Shown here: positions 16,347 to 22,579 of the stretch, piece by piece
How positions within the stretch are numbered: the stretch's first letter is position 1
Layout: every line of letters starts with the position of its first letter
Source: Candidatus Electronema aureum
GTDB taxonomy: Bacteria; Desulfobacterota; Desulfobulbia; Desulfobulbales; Desulfobulbaceae
Length of the DNA: 32,000 bases
Direction of reading: 5' to 3'
Assembly: GCA_004284765.1 (NCBI GenBank)
Contig: NQJD01000001.1
Coordinates: 60,001-92,000 of the forward strand
Made by a program: the position numbers and the translations under genes
The notes under the pieces: model-generated
What the model was told of the DNA's origin: nothing
What the model saw: only the letters and a program-made list of their open reading frames with translations
Databases searched by the model: none

Positions 16347-16371
16347 GTTGGGCAACAAAAAGTTGCCCAAC
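16347..16371. promoter_or_regulatory. Perfect 10-bp inverted repeat: candidate antitoxin operator, or terminator of the upstream membrane-protein gene
   Basis: GTTGGGCAAC-AAAAA-GTTGCCCAAC lies 30 bp upstream of the antitoxin ATG (16317) and 58 nt after the stop at 16429. Confidence 0.5.
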
Positions 16372-16428
16372 CTACCGAACTTGTCCCTACACCGGAACGT
16401 AGGAATAAGTATTGAAAAATTGCTACTA

Positions 16429-16827
16429 TCAGCTTGATAAGCTTTCTTTGATAAATGTTCCTATAAAAACACCTATTGTTGCTGCACCTGTAAAACGGAA
16501 GTCTGTACCAGTGAACACAGCAACAATAATTCCTCCTACCGCTGCTGCCGCCATCGAATAAAATACTTTTTCAAAGAAAGATGGCGCACTCTCTCTGATT
16601 TTCTTTCCAGCTCCCCATATTCCCTTTAAAGCTGCTATGAGGATATTAAAGGCAATAAAAGCAAGAACTCCAATCACCACTAACGCCAATAACTCGTTCA
16701 TAATGTCACCAATCATGGAAAAAACAAGCAATATCCCTGCCGCCCAAACGACGGCAGGGAATTTAGGCCACAACTCACTTCGCCGGTTTCCACTCCTTGA
16801 GGAACGCAGGCAAATGTCCTGCCTCAC
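16429..16827 (-). CDS. Small multi-pass membrane protein, unknown function
   Basis: It has hydrophobic helices (LLALVVIGVLAFIAFNILIAAL, AAAAVGGIIVAVF, ATIGVFIGTF) and looks AT-rich by eye. The start is uncertain. The track start (GTG 16827) overlaps the acsC 3' end by 53 nt; the alternatives are ATG 16716 or ATG 16701. Confidence 0.5.
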   Translation of the reverse strand: MRQDICLRSSRSGNRRSELWPKFPAVVWAAGILLVFSMIGDIMNELLALVVIGVLAFIAFNILIAALKGIWGAGKKIRESAPSFFEKVFYSMAAAAVGGIIVAVFTGTDFRFTGAATIGVFIGTFIKESLSS

Positions 16828-18124
16828 GCGGCCCGATGGTGATAGTCCACTCCGGCAGCTCCTCTTCCAGCTCGCCCTTGATGGTGGCGAGATAGCCCGG
16901 AATGATCAGCTCGCGGTGTTTGACCTTGTCGGCAATGCCGGACTTCTTGACAAAGGCGGCGATCAGGTCTGCGCCGAACTTGCCCGCCGCCCACGCGGTG
17001 AGCACAGACAGGCCCTCGGTGTCCTTGATCAGCAGCCAGCTCGGCACTTTGGAGCCTTCGATCTCGCCGGAAACAATGAAGTAGGTCAGCGAGAAGTTGC
17101 AGGTGATCAGCACCGGCGAATTCTCGTCCGGCCCAGTGATCGGGTAGATGTCCTCGGCCACGACCATTGGCCGCTGCGGGTCGGTGAAGATGTTGAGCTG
17201 CTCCAGCAGAAGCGGGAAGAGCACGTCGCCTTGGATGTCGGAAAAGACGGCGATTGCCGCATACTTGGCCATCAACACCGAGCCGATCAGTGCTTCCATC
17301 ATCAGGTCGTCGCACATCTCGCAGGGGAAGGCGATGACCGGGAAGCCGAGGGCTTTGAACTTCTCCTTCACGGCGGAGCGGCGGGCGACGATGCTGTCCT
17401 CGAAAGCACCGCGCAGGGTTCTCGCGCCGCTGTCAAGCACCATGTCCTTGACCCCAGCGGCGATCAGCTTGTTGACCAGATCAACCAAGTCGCTGAGGTT
17501 CTTGCCCTTCACGCCGATAGGGCAGCCGGTCTCTTTGGCGAGCGCGGCAAAGGCATCGGCATTCTCGGCAGTCGCGCCGTAGAGCAGCGGCTTGTTGTCA
17601 CCGCAGACAGCGGCAGCAGCCTTGAGCGCGGCAGCGTCGCCGCTCATCAGAATCAAAGCCTGCTTGGGCGCGGCGGCCATAACTTTCTTCGCCATATCCG
17701 CCAGCGAAACACCGCCCGCATCTTTAATCGCCACGAGATTGTTGCGCATCATCACCCCGACGCGCTCATACTCCAAGGTCGCGGCCCGCTTCAGCTTGCC
17801 GTCCACCGAGGCTGCGTCCTCGTTCGTGCTGATCAGCACGGCAAGGCCGGTTTTGTTTTCAAAGCGCTTCTCGTGCCGGAACTGGCAGGTCTCGCCGCCT
17901 GCGGTGAAGGCCGCCTCGCCGCCGCCGATCTTGATCGTGCGGATGGGCGGAGCCGATGCCTCGCCGATGGTGGCCTTGGCCTCCTCGCTCACATCAACAC
18001 ATGCTACGATCTCAGCCTGCCCTGCCGCCACTTTCATGGCAAAGGCCAGACAGGTGGGGATGCCGCACTTGCCGCAGTTGGTCTTGGGCAGCATCTTGAG
18101 AATCTGGATACCGGTTAACGCCAT
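16775..18124 (-). CDS. acsC: Corrinoid iron-sulfur protein, large subunit (AcsC / CdhE-like)
   Basis: The N-terminal [4Fe-4S] motif LTGIQILKMLPKTNCGKCGIPTCLAFAMKVAAGQ is as in Moorella AcsC, followed by a TIM-barrel and a corrinoid-binding C-terminal region. I placed the start at ATG 18124, which has a strong SD (AGGAGGG 5 nt upstream). The track start at 18142 is TTG. Confidence 0.92.
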   Translation of the reverse strand: MALTGIQILKMLPKTNCGKCGIPTCLAFAMKVAAGQAEIVACVDVSEEAKATIGEASAPPIRTIKIGGGEAAFTAGGETCQFRHEKRFENKTGLAVLISTNEDAASVDGKLKRAATLEYERVGVMMRNNLVAIKDAGGVSLADMAKKVMAAAPKQALILMSGDAAALKAAAAVCGDNKPLLYGATAENADAFAALAKETGCPIGVKGKNLSDLVDLVNKLIAAGVKDMVLDSGARTLRGAFEDSIVARRSAVKEKFKALGFPVIAFPCEMCDDLMMEALIGSVLMAKYAAIAVFSDIQGDVLFPLLLEQLNIFTDPQRPMVVAEDIYPITGPDENSPVLITCNFSLTYFIVSGEIEGSKVPSWLLIKDTEGLSVLTAWAAGKFGADLIAAFVKKSGIADKVKHRELIIPGYLATIKGELEEELPEWTITIGPREAGHLPAFLKEWKPAK

Positions 18125-18234
18125 TTTATCCCTCCTGGTCAAAAAAATCAGAATCAGAACACCGGGAACACGATTCTCTGTCCGCCCGGCTGCTGGTGCT
18201 TTGTTATTTTTATTTTGCTTGAATCAGCTACATC

Positions 18235-18498
18235 TCAGCGCAACATGCGCTCATAGCCTGCATGTCTGCCAATCCAAAACCATGTGATGGTGTCCCCGCG
18301 CAAAACACCCAATGCCCGACAATCCAAGCTGATGCGCACAGAGTAAATCGGCTCCTCTTGGTCAACCCGTTTGAATTGCAGACCCGGACTGTGCGGATTG
18401 CTGTGCCATAATTCATACGCCTTCTCCGCCCGTTCCCGCAGTTCTGTTGGCAATGCCTGATAGAGATTCCAGAATTGCTTCGTGGTGCGGGAAATCAT
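18235..18498 (-). CDS. ParE-like/RelE-superfamily type II toxin
   Basis: 87 aa with the pattern LP..LRE.A.KAYELW..NP.HPGLQFKRV......YSVRISLDCRALGVL.GDTITWFWIGRHAGYERML, characteristic of the ParE-like toxin family. ATGA overlap with the upstream antitoxin stop. Confidence 0.75.
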   Translation of the reverse strand: MISRTTKQFWNLYQALPTELRERAEKAYELWHSNPHSPGLQFKRVDQEEPIYSVRISLDCRALGVLRGDTITWFWIGRHAGYERMLR

Positions 18499-18800
18499 CG
18501 GGCCTTCACTTTGCCGTCCGCAATGACCATTTCCAAGGTTTCGCCTGCATCCAAATCAGCAAGTGCCTGACGAGCCATAGCCAGGAAGTCATCGCGGTTG
18601 GCATTGTACGTTTGCTCCCAAGCCTTTTCTTCCTGTTCCATTGCGGCTTGAGCGACATGCTCTTCGTCCGGCGCAAGCTGCGTTTGCAGCCAGCGGGCAA
18701 AATCAAGCACCTGCAACACGCGGCGCGAAGGCAAGGTTCTCACCACGTCAATCAGTGCCAGTTCTAACGCGGCTGGCTGCCGGGCAGATTGAGTTGTCAT
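18495..18800 (-). CDS. Putative cognate antitoxin (DUF2281-like N-terminus)
   Basis: MTTQSARQPAALELALIDVVRTLPSRRVLQVLDFARWLQTQ..., acidic in the middle. The stop overlaps the toxin start. I used Met24 of the track ORF (ATG 18800), 4 nt after the ParA-like stop at 18805. Confidence 0.6.
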   Translation of the reverse strand: MTTQSARQPAALELALIDVVRTLPSRRVLQVLDFARWLQTQLAPDEEHVAQAAMEQEEKAWEQTYNANRDDFLAMARQALADLDAGETLEMVIADGKVKAR

Positions 18801-18804
18801 TTTG

Positions 18805-19782
18805 TCAACTTGTAAGTTGATCAACACGAGTCGCGATCTCTTGAATTTTATTTTTAAAAGAGATCGCATTACTATGCTGTGTGCCTTTCAATCCAGCGAG
18901 TTCATGAACAGGCATTCTTTTTGTTTGCGCTAACGGTATCAAACTGGAAAGGCTTTTTATCTCGCCTATTTCATAGTTATCTTGAGGTATTATTAATTTA
19001 TACCCATTTACATCATCAAGCACATCAACAATATTATTTTTTATCGCAACTGGAAGGCTCTGTACCCATGGTTGCCAAAATTTTGCTGATTCGTTCCGAT
19101 ACACATTAAACATTTGTGTAACATAGCCAATAAATTTTGGTTTACCGTTGGGAACAGGAAATGGAAGAGATGCTATTCTGGTTCTGGCATCTTGCCACAA
19201 AATAGACCATTCTCGTAATTTTTTTCCAAAGTTTTCTGTGGCACGAATAGAAAATGCATCAGGAATCATTGGAGAAATAAAATAATCGCTGGACAAGAGC
19301 AGTGAACGTGTTAAACTGCCAAGATTTGGGCCTAAGTCAAAGAAAACAAAATCAATTTCGTTTTCTTGAATATATTGTTGCACGATTCGATAGATAGCTG
19401 TTGTTATCCTGAATCCTCTTTCTCGACCTGCGAGGCATTCTACCCATGCATTACTAAGTTCTTCTTCATAATCTCCAAAGAGCACATCTCCTGGATACAT
19501 ATAAATGTCCCTTCCTATTTTACGCCAAGGTGCTCTCGTTCTTATATCTCCTGTGCCTTTTAACAAAGGTTCAACCATTCTATAGATACTTCGACCTTCT
19601 GGCTTCCATGAGCTTTCCAAACTTGAGTCAGTTAAGAAATGAATAGATAAGCTGCATTGAGGGTCGCCATCAACCAGCAATACCTTTTTCCCCATTGCTT
19701 CAAGCGCATAAGCAAGGTGATAAACAAAAGTTGTTTTTCCAACTCCTCCCTTATTATTAAAAATCGATATAATTTTCGACAC
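18805..19782 (-). CDS. ParA/Soj-family deviant Walker-A ATPase (orphan; no ParB seen)
   Basis: 325 aa with a GTG start, the deviant Walker A NNKGGVGKTT, and VDGDPQCSLS (ParA-type DxDPQ). The gene looks strongly AT-rich by eye compared with the flanking acs genes. Confidence 0.8.
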   Translation of the reverse strand: MSKIISIFNNKGGVGKTTFVYHLAYALEAMGKKVLLVDGDPQCSLSIHFLTDSSLESSWKPEGRSIYRMVEPLLKGTGDIRTRAPWRKIGRDIYMYPGDVLFGDYEEELSNAWVECLAGRERGFRITTAIYRIVQQYIQENEIDFVFFDLGPNLGSLTRSLLLSSDYFISPMIPDAFSIRATENFGKKLREWSILWQDARTRIASLPFPVPNGKPKFIGYVTQMFNVYRNESAKFWQPWVQSLPVAIKNNIVDVLDDVNGYKLIIPQDNYEIGEIKSLSSLIPLAQTKRMPVHELAGLKGTQHSNAISFKNKIQEIATRVDQLTS

Positions 19783-19894
19783 AGTTATTCCTTTTAGGTT
19801 ATTACCTTCTTTTTAAAATCGGACAAGCCTTTACATCCTCAAGAATCAACAAGGGGCAGACGAGCATCTCTGCCCCTTGCATCTCCGCCGAAAA

Positions 19895-22102
19895 TCACCC
19901 CATCGCCGCTTCCATCTCCAAAGCAGGATGACCCTTCTCCTTCATGAAGGCCAAGATTTCAGCCTCGGTGGTGCCCTGCTCCTCGGTGGCGATCATGTCG
20001 TACAGCTCCGGCATACCAATATCCGCGCAGGCTGCCTTCAGCTTTTCACTGATCTCCTCCTTCATCATCTTGGGCATCCAGACCATCCGCTTCAGACCGC
20101 CTTCCGCCTTGAAGAGCTTTTTGCTGGTCATGAAGTGCTTGGACACGCCCATGAAACCGGGGGTCTGCATTCCGCCGCCCGCCATGCCCGCGAGGGTGGT
20201 GAACTTCATGCCGGACGGAGTCATGCCCATGTAGTCGCGGTTGACGACCATGATGCCGTTGCACTGCGGCAGCATGGCGGCGATGGCCTCAAAGCAGCCG
20301 CAGGCGGTCATCGGGTTGTTCATCAGCGAGTAGCAGCTGACCTCGGTGACTGCGCCGCGTGAAGCCTGGTTGACAAACTCGTTGATGCCGCTGAAGTAGC
20401 CGTTGTCCGGGTCAGTGCATTCGCCTTTGGGAATCGGCTGGTTCGGGCCAGTTGGGTTGATCTGGAACGAGGCCTTGCCGTCTAACCAGTTGTACGCTCC
20501 GCACATGCCGATGCGCTCCGGCGTGATCACGCAGACATGGCTCGGCGCAAAGGACTGGCAGAGGGTGCAGGAGTAGAAGACCTCCTCGGTCTCGTCGGTC
20601 ATCGCGCCAAGACGGAGGTCGCGCTCGGTATAAACCTGCTTGGCCAAGGCCATCACTTCCTCAACCTTCTCCTGCACGGTGTAGATTTTCACCTGCACCT
20701 TGTCGAGGATTGCGCCGAACTCCTGATGCAGCTTGCCGTGCAGCACCTTGCCGATGTGCTTGAAGGAGAATCCTTTCTCGACCGCGCCCTTGCCGATGCG
20801 CACCCACATGATGTTGCGCTGACCAATGTGCATGATGCCCTGCACGTAGTTGATCAGATGGTGGAACTGGCGCTCCAGAATCGGCTCAAAGTCAGACTGC
20901 ATCTCGCGGCCAGCGACCTCGACCAGAATGGCGATGGGCAGGTTTTGCCCCTGCTTGATGTCGCTGATGTCCGGGCCTTCGAGAATCACCTTGCCGTCCT
21001 CAACCTCGTCCATCTCCTTGGAGATCAAGACTTCCACGCCGGTCGTCCGACCGCCGCCGCACTCCATGAACAGATCATCCTTGCGGATGCGCTCGCCCTC
21101 AAAGGCCGGGCCGAAAGACATCGGAATATCAATCTTGTTGACGCTGACCTTGAGGCCGCGCACCTCAATCGCCTTCTGGACGATTTCGTCGTGCGGCACA
21201 TTGGAGACCACGTGCTCGTAGGTGCAGATGCCGGTCGGCAGCACCTGCGGGATGTCGTAGTCAGAAATGGTCGGGAAGCCCCAGTTGATCGCGCCTGCCG
21301 CGTTGGCGTACCACTCGTCGCTGACCGGGCCAAAGGCCATGACAAAGGCGAAGGTGCGGTTCTTGTTGTAGATCAGGTTGGCGCGGTAATCACCGGGCTT
21401 CACGCCGCCGAAGGCCAAGGCCACGCGGCAGGCAAAGCCGATGGCAAAGACCACCGAAGTGTAGGACTTGCCGAAAGGCACGAGCCGGGTATTCCAGCCG
21501 ACCTGTACGCCGTTCTCCTTGAGCAGCTCGGCCATGTTCTTGCCCTTGGACTGGTCGTGCATGAAGATATACAAGTTCTTCTCCTGCAATTCCAAGGCGA
21601 TCTTGGAGGCCACCGCTTTATCCTCCGGCGAGCCGACAATGGCCGCGAAGCCCGGCGCGGTGCCGTCCACAAACTCCACGCCGCGCTTGCGGAAGATCAC
21701 GTCGTCCGCCGCGCCCAGCCAGAGATTCTCCGACGTAGGCTCTTCGCTTTTGGTGTAGAAATTCGGCTCGTTGAGGTAGCGGATGGCCTCGTACATCTCC
21801 TCAGCGAAATACGTGGCCATGCCTGCGTCTAAGGCAGGCGCGAGATACGGCAGCCAGATCTTGTCGCTGACGATGGCGGGCAGCAGCGTGCGGCATTCTT
21901 GGAAAATTGCCTTCATGTCGCCCAGCTTCTCCACCTTCGCGCCGAGCATCGAATAGATGATCGGCAGATAATAGGCAGTGTTGGGGAAGGAAACCTCGTG
22001 CTCAGGCCCGAACTTCTTCAGGGCCTCCTCGTAGGCCGCCTCAGCCATGTCCACAATTTTATGGGCACCCCGGATGGCTGCGGAACAGATGATCTTTGAC
22101 AT
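19895..22102 (-). CDS. acsB: Acetyl-CoA synthase (CO-methylating; CODH/ACS alpha subunit, AcsB/CdhC-like)
   Basis: 735 aa. The N-terminus (KFGPEHEVSFPNTAYYLPIIYSMLG) parallels Moorella AcsB (YGPDHPVGYPDTAYYLPVI). The A-cluster Cys-Gly-Cys motif MTACGCFEAIAA and CTLCQSFAPSHVC are present. SD AAGGAG upstream. Confidence 0.96.
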   Translation of the reverse strand: MSKIICSAAIRGAHKIVDMAEAAYEEALKKFGPEHEVSFPNTAYYLPIIYSMLGAKVEKLGDMKAIFQECRTLLPAIVSDKIWLPYLAPALDAGMATYFAEEMYEAIRYLNEPNFYTKSEEPTSENLWLGAADDVIFRKRGVEFVDGTAPGFAAIVGSPEDKAVASKIALELQEKNLYIFMHDQSKGKNMAELLKENGVQVGWNTRLVPFGKSYTSVVFAIGFACRVALAFGGVKPGDYRANLIYNKNRTFAFVMAFGPVSDEWYANAAGAINWGFPTISDYDIPQVLPTGICTYEHVVSNVPHDEIVQKAIEVRGLKVSVNKIDIPMSFGPAFEGERIRKDDLFMECGGGRTTGVEVLISKEMDEVEDGKVILEGPDISDIKQGQNLPIAILVEVAGREMQSDFEPILERQFHHLINYVQGIMHIGQRNIMWVRIGKGAVEKGFSFKHIGKVLHGKLHQEFGAILDKVQVKIYTVQEKVEEVMALAKQVYTERDLRLGAMTDETEEVFYSCTLCQSFAPSHVCVITPERIGMCGAYNWLDGKASFQINPTGPNQPIPKGECTDPDNGYFSGINEFVNQASRGAVTEVSCYSLMNNPMTACGCFEAIAAMLPQCNGIMVVNRDYMGMTPSGMKFTTLAGMAGGGMQTPGFMGVSKHFMTSKKLFKAEGGLKRMVWMPKMMKEEISEKLKAACADIGMPELYDMIATEEQGTTEAEILAFMKEKGHPALEMEAAMG

Positions 22103-22163
22103 AGAAACAAGCTCCTTATATGCGATTCAGAGGTTCAATTGTTCAGGTTTGTTCGGAAAGGAT

Positions 22164-22472
22164 TCATGAATAGGAATCGAATCCTTCTATCAGCATTTTC
22201 TTCAAGGCAGGAAAACCAGTACCCATGTTTTTGATAAACTCATCAGGGTATTTATCCCAATACTTTGGAAGAATTGCATCTTTCTTGGAAAGAAAAGCGT
22301 AACTTAGCCAAGTTAATGCGAAAGCGAATGGATAGATTATAGGAGCGCATATTATGCCAATGAAGTTTAAAATAACCACTAATGGCCATAAAGTACAAAC
22401 CCATAAGATAGTCAGTGCCAACACCACTGGTGCTCTTAGAATGACACCAACAGAATATCGAAGATCTGACAT
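22164..22472 (-). CDS. Small two-TM membrane protein, unknown function
   Basis: 102 aa with a good SD (GAGGAGA), two hydrophobic helices, and a visibly AT-rich sequence lying between acsB and metF-acsD. Confidence 0.55.
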   Translation of the reverse strand: MSDLRYSVGVILRAPVVLALTILWVCTLWPLVVILNFIGIICAPIIYPFAFALTWLSYAFLSKKDAILPKYWDKYPDEFIKNMGTGFPALKKMLIEGFDSYS

Positions 22473-22579
22473 TGTTGTTCTCTCCTCAACTACCCACTCA
22501 ACCTTTTGCTTAACTGACAGAGACCTTTCTTTTTTTGAAGAAGAAAGGTCATTATTCCCGGAACCTGAACGCTTTTCGA

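Noticed and set aside
16637-18118. A 493-aa plus-strand ORF, the longest 'unknown' ORF in the track
   Set aside because: It lies exactly antisense to acsC, whose product has unmistakable CFeSP motifs. The translation is Arg/Gly/Ala/His/Leu-rich low-information sequence typical of shadow ORFs in GC-rich genes, and it has no SD.
18805-19782. The ParA-like ATPase as the CODH/ACS nickel-insertion ATPase CooC/AcsF
   Set aside because: Its location in the acs cluster makes the idea tempting. However, it is 325 aa rather than ~250-260, has the ParA-type VDGDPQ motif, lacks the CxC metal-binding motif I would expect in CooC, looks compositionally foreign, and is followed by a TA pair. I kept it as a possibility to test phylogenetically.
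20537-21832. A 431-aa plus-strand ORF (plus several 60-160-aa ORFs on both strands between 19877 and 22099)
   Set aside because: These are antisense or out-of-frame shadows of acsB with the same biased composition and no recognisable motifs.
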